From the NCBI GenBank assembly GCA_016183535.1, contig JACPEK010000004.1, forward strand, positions 141,807 through 205,806: a DNA stretch of 64,000 bases, read 5' to 3'. Positions within the stretch are counted from its first letter, which is position 1, and every line of letters starts with the position of its first letter. Positions 19,964 through 29,267 of the stretch are shown here, one piece after another. This DNA is from Candidatus Brennerbacteria bacterium (GTDB taxonomy: Bacteria; Patescibacteriota; Minisyncoccia; UBA6257; GWB1-50-10). The translations under genes were made by a program, and so were the position numbers. The notes under the pieces were generated by a model. It did not search any database, was not told the DNA's origin, and saw nothing but the letters and a program-made list of their open reading frames with translations.

Positions 19964-20911
19964 ATGAATAAAGTAAAATATTTGATCACGGGAGGAACGG
20001 GTTTTGTGGGAGCGAATTTCATTCGAACGTTCGTTGCGCGCGGGGATGAGGTGTATGTCACGGTACGGTCCCACTCAAACCCATGGCGCCTTTCCGATAT
20101 CAAAGATCGTGTTCATTTCTGTGAGGTAAATCTTGAAGAAGAGGCGGAAGTGGCCCGCGTAGTAAGGTTGGTCGCTCCCGAGGTTATCCTCCATTTTGCA
20201 ACGTACGGAGGATCCCAAGGGCGCGAGCAGGATGTTCGAACGACCATAGCGATGAATGTGCTCGGCACCATTAACCTTATGCGCGCTTCGGTGGAAACGG
20301 GGTTCTCGTGTTTCATAAACACCGGCACCTCCTCCGAATATGGCGAGAAGGACCATCCTATGTGTGAGAACGAGCTTCCCGAACCTAATAACCTCTACGG
20401 CGTCACGAAAGCCGCCGCAACCATGTTCGGGCGTTTTTTAGGTAGGAAGCACAACCTTTCTCTCGTTACCATGCGTCTCTTCTCGGTGTATGGATACTAC
20501 GAAGATCCTAGACGGTTGGTGCCGGTGGTGATAAAGGCGTGTTTGAAGAACGGCGAGCTCGCTCTTGCGTCCTCCTCTTTCGTGCGCGATTTTGTCTTTA
20601 TCGAAGACGTGATCGGAGCATATGATGCCGCGATAGCCCACCGTGAAGATATCAAGGGCGAGGTGTTCAACGTGGGTACCGGAATGCAGCGCACACTTGG
20701 CGATGTGGTGACGATCGTGAAACGCGTCACTGGTGCGACTATCGAGCCGTCGTACGGAGCCGCTACGCCCGTTCAGCACGAACCCGCGATGTGGACCGCA
20801 AACGTCTCGAAGATCAAGCGGATGCTCGGCTGGGAACCGGAATATTCGTTGGAGGATGGGATAGCGAAGAATGTGGAATGGTTCAAACAGAATCCTTCGC
20901 TGTATCAATGA
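19964..20911 (+). CDS. NAD-dependent epimerase/dehydratase (extended SDR)
   Basis: Contains YLITGGTGFVGANFI and YGVTKAAATMF (YxxxK). The ATG at 19964 is preferred, since the upstream extension overlaps the antisense ORF. Confidence 0.85.
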   Translation: MNKVKYLITGGTGFVGANFIRTFVARGDEVYVTVRSHSNPWRLSDIKDRVHFCEVNLEEEAEVARVVRLVAPEVILHFATYGGSQGREQDVRTTIAMNVLGTINLMRASVETGFSCFINTGTSSEYGEKDHPMCENELPEPNNLYGVTKAAATMFGRFLGRKHNLSLVTMRLFSVYGYYEDPRRLVPVVIKACLKNGELALASSSFVRDFVFIEDVIGAYDAAIAHREDIKGEVFNVGTGMQRTLGDVVTIVKRVTGATIEPSYGAATPVQHEPAMWTANVSKIKRMLGWEPEYSLEDGIAKNVEWFKQNPSLYQ

Positions 20912-21738
20912 AAGTTTCGCACTCTCCAACTACCCACCAACTGCAAAGTGTCGCGCGTACCGTGCGGCAGTTGGTTTTGGATATGGTGACGCAGAGCAAA
21001 AGCGCTCACCTCGGGAGCAGTTTCTCTGTAGTGGATATCCTCGTCGCACTCTATTTCAATGCGATGAGGGTCTTCCTGAAAAATCCGAAGCATCCAAATC
21101 GGGATCGTCTTCTTTTGAGTAAGGGCCATGCGGGTGCCGCTCTCTATGCTGTGCTGGGTGTGCGAGAGTTTTTCAATGTGAAACTGCTCAAAAAATATCT
21201 TCGGAACGGAACCGCACTTGCGGGACACGCGAGTCAAGCCGCGGTTCCCGGCGTTGAACTTTTTACCGGCTCATTGGGTCATGGTCTTCCGATTGGGACG
21301 GGGATGGCGTTCGCGGGGAAACTCGATAAGAAATCATACCGGGTGTTCGTGGTGATGAGTGACGGAGAATGTGACGAAGGGTCCAACTGGGAAGCCATCC
21401 TTTTCGCGGGGCACCATCAACTGGATAATCTTGTGGCGGTGGTGGATTACAACAAGTGGCAGTCGTTCGGGCGGACTAAGGACATTCTGGACCTCGAACC
21501 GTTCGCGAAGAAATGGAGGGATTTCGGTTGGAATGTAAAAGAGTGCAATGGGCACGATTTTAAGGCGCTCACGAAGGCATTCGCCAAAATCCCGTTCGCA
21601 AAAGGAAAGCCAAGCGTGCTCATCGCCCATACCGTGAAAGGGAGGGGACTTCCCTACGAAAACGAGCTTCGCTCGCACTATAATTCTCCCACCGAGGAAG
21701 AATATCGGTTGGCGAAAGAGCGCATCAAGCATCTATGA
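20908..21738 (+). CDS. Transketolase, N-terminal (ThDP pyrophosphate-binding) subunit, pair 1
   Basis: Contains SKGHAGAALYAV and GSLGHGLPIGTGMA, plus the ThDP/Mg motif VMSDGECDEGSNWEA. The start overlaps the upstream stop (ATGA). Confidence 0.9.
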   Translation: MKVSHSPTTHQLQSVARTVRQLVLDMVTQSKSAHLGSSFSVVDILVALYFNAMRVFLKNPKHPNRDRLLLSKGHAGAALYAVLGVREFFNVKLLKKYLRNGTALAGHASQAAVPGVELFTGSLGHGLPIGTGMAFAGKLDKKSYRVFVVMSDGECDEGSNWEAILFAGHHQLDNLVAVVDYNKWQSFGRTKDILDLEPFAKKWRDFGWNVKECNGHDFKALTKAFAKIPFAKGKPSVLIAHTVKGRGLPYENELRSHYNSPTEEEYRLAKERIKHL

Positions 21739-22664
21739 GAATAGCCTTTATGAAGGCGCTCACGCGTCTTGTAAAAAAAGACAAGCGGGTAATGCTTCTC
21801 ACCGGAGACCTTGGATTCTCGGTCTTTGAGGACTTTGCGCGTCAGTTCCCAAAACAATACCTCAACTGTGGGCTCGCCGAGCAGAATATGGTGGGCATGG
21901 CGGCGGGGCTCGCGTTGAGCGGCAAAAAAGTGTTTGCGTACTCCATCGTCCCCTTTGCAACAATGCGACCATTCGAGCAGGTTCGTGACGATGTGTGTCT
22001 CCACAATCTGGACGTAAAAATAGTGGGAGTAGGCGGTGGGTATAGCTATAGTCAGCTCGGCGCGACGCACCACTCCATCGAAGACATCGCCATCATGAAG
22101 GTGCTGCCGAACATGAAAGTGTTGGTTCCTGCCGACCCCATAGAAACGGAGTTGGCGGTGAAAGCGATGGCGCGCGACCGCGGTCCGGCGTATCTTCGTT
22201 TGGGTAAGAGCAAGGAAGAAAATTTGCACCGCAGAACCTTTCCGTTCGCGATCGGACGATCCAATGTTCTGCGGAAAGGAAGCTCTGTGACCGTCATAGG
22301 ATGCGGTCCGATCCTCAAAAATGTGCTGCGGGCGGCGGAGATCCTGGCGAGGAAGAACATATTCTGCAAGGTCATTTCCATGCCGACCGTGAAACCATTG
22401 GACGAACGCGTGGTCATGAGCGCGACGAAGACCGGACTTGTTATCACTGTGGAGGAGCACAGCGTGATTGGCGGACTGGGGGATTCAGTGGCATCTGTGC
22501 TAGCCCAAGCGGCTCTTCCTAAGAAATGTCGACTCAAAAAAATCGGTGTCGAGGACCGGTTTATGAAGATCGTGGGTGACCAGGAATATTTAAGGTCACA
22601 AAATGGCCTTTCTCCGGAACAGATCGCGAGGTCAATAACTTCACTGATTAAAAAAAGAAGTTAG
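21735..22664 (+). CDS. Transketolase, C-terminal (pyrimidine-binding + C-terminal domain) subunit, pair 1
   Basis: Contains LTGDLGFSVF...GLAEQNMVGMAAGLA and EEHSVIGGLGDSV. Confidence 0.9.
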   Translation: MRIAFMKALTRLVKKDKRVMLLTGDLGFSVFEDFARQFPKQYLNCGLAEQNMVGMAAGLALSGKKVFAYSIVPFATMRPFEQVRDDVCLHNLDVKIVGVGGGYSYSQLGATHHSIEDIAIMKVLPNMKVLVPADPIETELAVKAMARDRGPAYLRLGKSKEENLHRRTFPFAIGRSNVLRKGSSVTVIGCGPILKNVLRAAEILARKNIFCKVISMPTVKPLDERVVMSATKTGLVITVEEHSVIGGLGDSVASVLAQAALPKKCRLKKIGVEDRFMKIVGDQEYLRSQNGLSPEQIARSITSLIKKRS

Positions 22665-22670
22665 TCGCGC

Positions 22671-23819
22671 ATGAGCAAGAATAATGGTCCACTGGTAAGC
22701 ATCTGCGTGACTTTTTCGAGCGCAGAAGAATTCATTCATAGGGTTTTTGACAGTTGCCTCAACCAAACCTACCGGAACATCGAAGTGGTGGTGGTTGATA
22801 ATGCGAGCACCGATGGAAGCGAAAGAGTGGTGAGGAAATACGCGGCACAAGACCCGCGTATAAAATATTTCAGGCGCGCACAGATGGCGGGTCTCTCATC
22901 GCGCTTATTGGAGATGTTTCAACAAGCAGGCGGAGAATTTGTGATGATGATAGGGGCAGACGACTGGCTCGCGCGCGATTACATTAAAAACGGCGTACAG
23001 AGCTTCCTCGACCATCCTGGAGTAGCGGGCATCGTACCGCGGCTGATAAATCTTTCAGAGATTGGCGGGAATCAGTTCAAATTTCTCAGCGAGACCTTCG
23101 GTGATTTTTCCCCTCCCCGCGCATACTCTGCAAAATGGTTTGTAAAGCGCATGTACCGATCGGAGCACCTCTACATAAGCGCACTCGCGCTTATGCGAAA
23201 AGAAGATGCGGTGAAAGCGATGGATTATTTTGTGGGGCATTATTGCAATAAACCGCTCGTGGGTGTTCCGTCCGAGCTCAAAGGTTTTTGGGAGAACGGA
23301 TTTGGTGTTGACGCAATACTATTTTTGGAGGTTTTGACGAGGTACCACAATTTCGTTTTTGACAGTTCACTACGCTATTTAAAAGTGGCGCACGGCAAAA
23401 ATCTTCGTTTTGATCTCGGTAGCGATTCTCTGGCGGAGATATTCAAGAACGCCTACTATTACCTTCTCACGTTTAAAGGGATGTACGCGCCGTTGTGGAA
23501 TGATTTTTATCGCGAGATGAAGATATTTTGGGGTGCCGAAACGATCGTGTCAGCCGGTATCTATCTTTTCAGGTTTGGTATGCGTTCACGGGACGTGGGG
23601 GGCTATAGAACCACAACGTTCCGACGCGCATTTTTCGGAGAACTGTCACTTTTTGAAACGGTAGCGGCGGGCGGAAGGGCGATGATAAGGCTGTCCCCGC
23701 GAGGCACCCGTTTCATAATACGGAAGCTTTTGGGAACGCGGGGACAGAAAAATACAGAGCGCATAGCGTTCAAACCGGAGAATTTTTTGGACCAAGAGGG
23801 GCGTTTTAAGGTGAGTTGA
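22671..23819 (+). CDS. Glycosyltransferase family 2
   Basis: N-terminus reads VSICVTFSSAEE...EVVVVDNASTDGS (GT-A, DxD region). Confidence 0.75.
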   Translation: MSKNNGPLVSICVTFSSAEEFIHRVFDSCLNQTYRNIEVVVVDNASTDGSERVVRKYAAQDPRIKYFRRAQMAGLSSRLLEMFQQAGGEFVMMIGADDWLARDYIKNGVQSFLDHPGVAGIVPRLINLSEIGGNQFKFLSETFGDFSPPRAYSAKWFVKRMYRSEHLYISALALMRKEDAVKAMDYFVGHYCNKPLVGVPSELKGFWENGFGVDAILFLEVLTRYHNFVFDSSLRYLKVAHGKNLRFDLGSDSLAEIFKNAYYYLLTFKGMYAPLWNDFYREMKIFWGAETIVSAGIYLFRFGMRSRDVGGYRTTTFRRAFFGELSLFETVAAGGRAMIRLSPRGTRFIIRKLLGTRGQKNTERIAFKPENFLDQEGRFKVS

Positions 23820-23825
23820 TTACTT

Positions 23826-24764
23826 ATGAAAGAACACCATATTTTCAGTCCTGATGATTTTTCCTCGGCCATAGGTGAGCCCTTAAGCGAGCGGGTGAAG
23901 AGTAAGATAGAGGAGTTGAATATCGAGTATGCACGGATGACACCGCAGGAGAGGGATGAATGCATTAAAACCAGCGTGAAGATACTACTGGACCCGGAAT
24001 TCGACGCGTCCGGAGCGCACCGGTTGGGCAAGTGGGAAAAGGGATGGTCAGAAAACCTGCAGGCATTCCGAGAGAGGGGGAAGGGGGGCCTTGTGCCGGG
24101 CTACTTTTCTGCCACCCGCGATTTGGTCAAGTGGGGAAAGTGGAAGCAAGAGTATATCCGCCCCCTTCAGGGAAACCTCGACTATAAGTTTCTCTCCATA
24201 ATTTTGGAGTGGCTTTTTGAGAAATATATTCCTGCCGCGAGCTCCGTGTACGAGTTTGGGTGCGGCACGGGCCACCACCTTCTGAAGGTGCGGGAATTCA
24301 ACCCGGAAGCAAAGATCTACGGCTTGGATTGGGCCGAAGCGTCCCAGGAGATTATCAAAGAAATGGTTGCAAAAGATGTAGCCAAGAATACCTACGGAAA
24401 GAAATTTGATTTTTTTAATCCCGACGAATCGTTCGCGCTCGACGCCAACAGTGTGGTGTATACCGTAGGCGCTTTAGAGCAGGTTGGAGAAAAACATGAG
24501 AAGTTCATCGCGTATTTGCTCAAGAACAGGCCTAAAATATGTTTCCATGTGGAGCCGATTGGGGAACTGTTGGACGATTCAAATCGCACGGATTTTCTTA
24601 CCCAATCGTACTACCGGAAGAGAAACTATCTCTCGAATTTTGTGAACCACCTCAAGGCGCTGGAGAAAGAGGGGAAAATAAAGATTGAAAAAGCACAAAG
24701 GACCTATTTGGGAGGGAGCTTGCTCACGGAGTATGCGGTGGTCATGTGGAGTCCGGTGGCATAG
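23826..24764 (+). CDS. Class I SAM-dependent methyltransferase
   Basis: Motif I reads VYEFGCGTGHHLL, followed by GLDWAE. Confidence 0.7.
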   Translation: MKEHHIFSPDDFSSAIGEPLSERVKSKIEELNIEYARMTPQERDECIKTSVKILLDPEFDASGAHRLGKWEKGWSENLQAFRERGKGGLVPGYFSATRDLVKWGKWKQEYIRPLQGNLDYKFLSIILEWLFEKYIPAASSVYEFGCGTGHHLLKVREFNPEAKIYGLDWAEASQEIIKEMVAKDVAKNTYGKKFDFFNPDESFALDANSVVYTVGALEQVGEKHEKFIAYLLKNRPKICFHVEPIGELLDDSNRTDFLTQSYYRKRNYLSNFVNHLKALEKEGKIKIEKAQRTYLGGSLLTEYAVVMWSPVA

Positions 24765-24766
24765 CT

Positions 24767-25735
24767 ATGAATTACCGGACATTAGGCGCTACTGGCATTT
24801 CGGTTTCCGAGATAGGTTTTGGCACGTGGGGAATCGGCGGGCTCACCGAGGGCGCCACCTCGTACGGCGAGACCGACGACGCGGTGTCGCTTCGCGCGCT
24901 CGCGCGGGCCCTCGAACTCGGCATGAATTTTTACGACACCTCGAACATCTACGGCCACGAGGGGCACGCGGAGGCACTTCTTGGGGAGGCATTTGGTAAC
25001 CAACGCGAAAGAGTTGTGCTTGCGACAAAAGTCGGATGTGTAAAGCACGGAGGGCCATACGACGTGTCACCGTCCTATATCCGTAGCTGCCTCGAAGCAA
25101 GCCTGCGCCGCCTCAAAACTGACTACGTCGACGTGTACCAACTTCATAGCGTGCCGCTTGAACTTGTGCGGGAGACCCCCGAATGTTTTGCAACATTGAG
25201 AGAGCTAAAGAAGGAAGGAAAGATCCGCGCGATCGGATATTCGGTGAAAAACCCCTCCGATGCCAAGACGGCGATAGAAGAATTCGGCGTGGATGTAGTG
25301 CAACTAAACTTCAACATGATGGACCAGCGCGCGCTTACCGAAGGAATCTTTGATGTGGCCCGTGTGCGCGGCGTTGGCATCATCGTACGGACACCCTTCG
25401 CCTTCGGATTCCTTACCGGAAAAGTCACCGACACTCAGTTCGATTCTCGGGACCATCGTTCCGTGTGGTCGCCGGCACAACTCGCGCGATGGAGGGAGTC
25501 CCCGAACGTTTTTTCCCCGGTGAACGATAAGGGCATCTATACTCCCGCGCAGTTCGCGCTGAAGTTCTGCGTCGCGTTTCCGGAGGTGTCCACGGTGGTC
25601 GCGGGCATGCTCACGGAAACCCAGGCGGAGGAGAACGCGACGGCGAGCGATCTCCCTCCGCTCACCGCCGCACAGCTCGCGGCGATCCGAAAGATCAGAG
25701 AGGTGAACACGTTTTTCGTAAGCGAAAAGAAATAA
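24767..25735 (+). CDS. Aldo/keto reductase family oxidoreductase
   Basis: Contains YRTLGATGISVSEIGFGTW, NFYDTSNIYG and IRAIGYS (AKR catalytic tetrad context). Confidence 0.85.
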   Translation: MNYRTLGATGISVSEIGFGTWGIGGLTEGATSYGETDDAVSLRALARALELGMNFYDTSNIYGHEGHAEALLGEAFGNQRERVVLATKVGCVKHGGPYDVSPSYIRSCLEASLRRLKTDYVDVYQLHSVPLELVRETPECFATLRELKKEGKIRAIGYSVKNPSDAKTAIEEFGVDVVQLNFNMMDQRALTEGIFDVARVRGVGIIVRTPFAFGFLTGKVTDTQFDSRDHRSVWSPAQLARWRESPNVFSPVNDKGIYTPAQFALKFCVAFPEVSTVVAGMLTETQAEENATASDLPPLTAAQLAAIRKIREVNTFFVSEKK

Positions 25736-25825
25736 CCCGCGTAGCCGTCAGTGATTGTCAAGGCAAGAATATTGGTATATAACCAAGGCAAAAGACATTA
25801 CACAATCATAAAGAGACCTCATTCT

Positions 25826-26347
25826 ATGGAAGCACATAAAACGACACTGGACGGCGTATTGCTCATACGGCCCGACTCTCCCATCCACGAGGATTTTCGA
25901 GGCAGGTACGTGACCGCGTACCGCAAAGCCGAGTTCGAAAAGATGGGCATTAACGTGGAGTTTGTGAACGAAAGCTACTCCACCTCTTCAAAGGGGGTGC
26001 TTCGCGGCATCCATGCAGAGACGGATAATTGGAAGCTCATCTCCTGCAGGCGCGGGTGCTTCTACTTGGTGGTGGTCGTGTGCGACGAGCAGTCGAAAGA
26101 TTTCGGAAAATGGGAGTCATTCACGCTCACCGAGCATAATGCGCTCCAAGTGCTCATACCTCCGGGATTCGGGAACGCCCATCTCGCCTTGAGCGACGAC
26201 ATTATGTTTCACTACTTGCAATCCAACTATTTCGATCCCGCCCGTCAGACCACGTACCGCTACGATGACCCGAGGTTCGCCATCTGGTGGCCGATAAAAA
26301 ATCCACTTCTTTCTCCGCGCGATGAAGCGGGGAAGTATGTGGAATGA
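25826..26347 (+). CDS. NDP-4-keto-6-deoxy-sugar 3,5-epimerase (RfbC-like cupin)
   Basis: Contains DFRGRY, SKGVLRGIHAE, LISCRRGCFYLVVV and IPPGFGNAHLALSDD, matching the RfbC signature pattern. Confidence 0.85.
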   Translation: MEAHKTTLDGVLLIRPDSPIHEDFRGRYVTAYRKAEFEKMGINVEFVNESYSTSSKGVLRGIHAETDNWKLISCRRGCFYLVVVVCDEQSKDFGKWESFTLTEHNALQVLIPPGFGNAHLALSDDIMFHYLQSNYFDPARQTTYRYDDPRFAIWWPIKNPLLSPRDEAGKYVE

Positions 26348-26466
26348 TCGACCTCATAGCTCTCGCGCCCCGCATATCAATGCGGGGCGTTTTTTATGCT
26401 CTTGCCAAAATCCCATCGGTGGTATATAACCAAGTCAGAAAACTTTTATAACCAAAGGAGACATTA

Positions 26467-27261
26467 ATGGAGAACTTAGCGGCAATAGCGAAGCAGTGCC
26501 GGCAGAAGGTTCTGGAAATGGCATATGCCGCGAAGGATTCGCACATCGGATGTGCGCTATCTTCCGTGGACGTGTTGGTCCTGCTTTTCTTTCGTGTGAT
26601 GAACGTAAATCCCGAAGACCCGCGTTTTTCCGAAAGGGATCGGTTCATTTTGAGCAAGGGGCACGCGGCAGCGGCACTCTATGCGGTCATGTCCGCGCGC
26701 GGATTTTTCCCCCGGGAAGCGCTCGCAACCTTCGCACAGAACGGAAGTGAACTCGCGAGCCATGTGGAACGGAAGCTTCCTGGCGTGGAGACCAATGGCG
26801 GCTCCGGCGGGCACGGACTTTCGATTGGTGCCGGTATGGCGCTTGCCGCACAGGCGGACGGCGCGAACTATCGCATCTTCATTCTCATGGGAGACGGGGA
26901 ATTGCAGGAAGGGTCTGTGTGGGAAGCGGCAATGTTCGCCTCATCGCGCAACCTTAGCAACCTCACCCTTATCGTGGACCGGAACGGGTTCCAAACGTGG
27001 AACAAGGTGGACGATATCGTCGCCGTAGAATCCCTTGTGGAGAAATTCAGGGCGTTCGGGTGGGATGCGGACGAGGTTAACGGTCACGATTTCGAACGGC
27101 TCGGCAGCGTCATCGAACGAACGGGCGACCGTCCACATGCCATCATTGCACGCACCGTGAAAGGGAAAGGTGTTTCTTTCATGGAAGGTGATGGCGTCTG
27201 GCACTCCAAATCGATGTCGGACGAACACTATCATCGTGCTATGAAGGAGGTGCAATCATGA
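26467..27261 (+). CDS. Transketolase, N-terminal subunit, pair 2 (paralog of 20908-21738)
   Basis: Contains SKGHAAAALYAV, GSGGHGLSIGAGMA and ILMGDGELQEGSVWEA. Confidence 0.9.
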   Translation: MENLAAIAKQCRQKVLEMAYAAKDSHIGCALSSVDVLVLLFFRVMNVNPEDPRFSERDRFILSKGHAAAALYAVMSARGFFPREALATFAQNGSELASHVERKLPGVETNGGSGGHGLSIGAGMALAAQADGANYRIFILMGDGELQEGSVWEAAMFASSRNLSNLTLIVDRNGFQTWNKVDDIVAVESLVEKFRAFGWDADEVNGHDFERLGSVIERTGDRPHAIIARTVKGKGVSFMEGDGVWHSKSMSDEHYHRAMKEVQS

Positions 27262-28166
27262 GAACCGCTTTCGTGGAAACACTCTATGAAGAGGCTCTTC
27301 GTGACCCACGTATCTTCTTCATCACCAGCGATTTTTGGCATGTGAAGGAGGAGGAATTCCGGGCTCTCGGAGCGCGATACCAGAATGGCGGCATGGCCGA
27401 ACAAAACATTATCAGCCTTGCAGTTGGCGCCGCACTCTCAGGGAAGAAGGTTTTTGTGTATTCCATCGTTCCTTTCATCACGCTCCGTTGCATCGAGCAG
27501 GTAAAAGTGGACGTGTGTTCACACGAAGCCGATGTCACCATCGTTGGTGGCGGAGCCGGTTTCACGTACGGAACATGCGGCATAACCCACCTTGCGATCG
27601 AGGACATTGCAATGATGCGCTCACTTCCCCACATGAGAATAATCTCACCTTCAGGATCGGCGGAAGCAAGCGCCCTCTTACGAGAGACCATTCGACTTGG
27701 GGGGCCGACTTACTTTCGCCTCAATATGAGGGAAGATGGTGATCTCACGAGCATGAAGCCCGAAGTAGGAAAGGGAATGATTGTTCGGGAAGGCGTGGAC
27801 GTATGCATCATCGCTACTGGGACCATTCTCGCGGAAGCATTCGGCGTTGCGGACATGCTCGCGGAGAAGGGGATTTCCGTTGAAGTGGTCAACATGCACA
27901 CGATCAAACCTCTCGATGAGGGCCTTGTTCGGGAGCGTGTGCGGTCCCGTCGCGCTGTTTGTACTCTTGAAGAGCACAGCATCATCGGAGGACTTGGTGG
28001 TGCGGTAGCGGAGGTGTTCGCGGAGTCCGGCGGTACGGCCCGATTCAGGCGTTTCGGCATCAAGGATGCATGGCCGACCGTAGTGGGGAGCCAGAAATAT
28101 CTGCGCACCGTGACCGGTATTTCCCAGGAATACCTTGCGGTCGCGATAGAGAAGCTCCTTCAGTAG
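27258..28166 (+). CDS. Transketolase, C-terminal subunit, pair 2
   Basis: Contains GGMAEQNIISLAVGAA and EEHSIIGGLGGAV. Confidence 0.9.
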   Translation: MRTAFVETLYEEALRDPRIFFITSDFWHVKEEEFRALGARYQNGGMAEQNIISLAVGAALSGKKVFVYSIVPFITLRCIEQVKVDVCSHEADVTIVGGGAGFTYGTCGITHLAIEDIAMMRSLPHMRIISPSGSAEASALLRETIRLGGPTYFRLNMREDGDLTSMKPEVGKGMIVREGVDVCIIATGTILAEAFGVADMLAEKGISVEVVNMHTIKPLDEGLVRERVRSRRAVCTLEEHSIIGGLGGAVAEVFAESGGTARFRRFGIKDAWPTVVGSQKYLRTVTGISQEYLAVAIEKLLQ

Positions 28167-28183
28167 TAATATTCATTCGTTCA

Positions 28184-28220
28184 AAAACCTCGGTGTTTCA
28201 CACCCGAGGTTTTTTATTTT
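28184..28220 (+). terminator. Rho-independent terminator after transketolase pair 2
   Basis: Hairpin acctcggtg-tttca-cacccgaggt followed by tttttatttt. Confidence 0.6.
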
Positions 28221-28241
28221 TCACGTCCGCATGCGAGACCA

Positions 28242-28270
28242 TTGACTAAAGCTCGATTTGAGGATATTCT
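28242..28270 (+). promoter_or_regulatory. Sigma70-like promoter TTGACT-17-TATTCT for the SDR gene
   Basis: -35 at 28242-28247. 17-bp spacer. -10 at 28265-28270. RBS aaggaa lies ahead of the ATG at 28300. Confidence 0.4.
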
Positions 28271-28299
28271 ATTCCAAATAAAACTAACAACCTAAAGGA

Positions 28300-29124
28300 A
28301 TGACCATGAAAAACGCAGCGGAAAAGGACCTCGCCGGTCGCGTCGCGCTCATCACGGGAGGCAGTAAGGGCATTGGGAAGACGATAGCCCTGACCCTCGC
28401 GCGGCGAGGCGCCGACATCGTTATCTGCGGCCGAGGCGCATCTGCTCTGGAAACGGCGGCGGAAGAGATACGCGCGTGCGGTTCGACCGTGCATGCCCAC
28501 CCACTTGACGCTACAAAGCTCGAGGGAGTGCGGGATTTTTTTCGCAAGGTTATCGAACCCATTGGACGCCTTGATATTCTCGTGAACAATATCGGGGGAG
28601 TGCGAGAAGTCGCGAAATTTCCCGATCTCACCGATGATGACTGGTACGGAATCTTCGATACCAATCTCATGACCATGGTGCGTGTCACGCGGGAAGCGCT
28701 CAGTTACCTCACAAAATCTCCGTATGCCCGCATCATCAACATTGCGAGCGTGGCAGGGAAACAGCCCGGCGACTGGAACCCTCACTACGGCGCGGTAAAA
28801 GCGGCGATGATCCACCTCTCTAAATCGCTTTCGCGCACCTTGGGACCGGAACACGTGCGGGTAAACGCGATTTGCTCCAGCACCATTAAGGGCGAAGGCG
28901 CGTGGAAGCGGGACGTTGAGAGTAGGATGCGGAGTGGGAACGTCTCGTTTGAGGAAGCGGAGCGCGTACTGGAAGCGGAAGTAAGAGCAAAAGCGCCGCT
29001 CGGAGAGATAGGTACTCCTGCGGATGTCGCGGAACTCGTTGCATTTCTTGCATCGAATCAAGCTTGCTTCATCACCGGCACCTGCATCGAGGTTGATGGT
29101 GGGACGGTTCGATCCATCTTTTAG
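28300..29124 (+). CDS. Short-chain dehydrogenase/reductase (classical SDR, 3-oxoacyl-ACP reductase-like)
   Basis: Contains ALITGGSKGIGK (TGxxxGxG), NNIG and YGAVKAA (YxxxK). Confidence 0.85.
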   Translation: MTMKNAAEKDLAGRVALITGGSKGIGKTIALTLARRGADIVICGRGASALETAAEEIRACGSTVHAHPLDATKLEGVRDFFRKVIEPIGRLDILVNNIGGVREVAKFPDLTDDDWYGIFDTNLMTMVRVTREALSYLTKSPYARIINIASVAGKQPGDWNPHYGAVKAAMIHLSKSLSRTLGPEHVRVNAICSSTIKGEGAWKRDVESRMRSGNVSFEEAERVLEAEVRAKAPLGEIGTPADVAELVAFLASNQACFITGTCIEVDGGTVRSIF

Positions 29125-29139
29125 TATTTTCAATTCGGG

Positions 29140-29176
29140 AAACGCCTCTGTAAAAATCCAGAGGCGTTTTATTTTA
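29140..29176 (+). terminator. Rho-independent terminator after the SDR gene
   Basis: aaacgcctctg-taaaaatc-cagaggcgttt followed by tatttt. Confidence 0.6.
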
Positions 29177-29189
29177 CATTTTGTCTCAA

Positions 29190-29218
29190 TTGACAAAGAG
29201 ACAAAAATTGACATAATC
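29190..29218 (+). promoter_or_regulatory. Sigma70-like promoter TTGACA-17-ATAATC for radical SAM gene 1
   Basis: -35 at 29190-29195 and -10 at 29213-29218. Strong RBS gaaggagg at 29254-29261. ATG at 29268. Confidence 0.45.
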
Positions 29219-29267
29219 ACGCTAGATAATTTAAACAATCACTATAGATCACAGAAGGAGGAACAGG

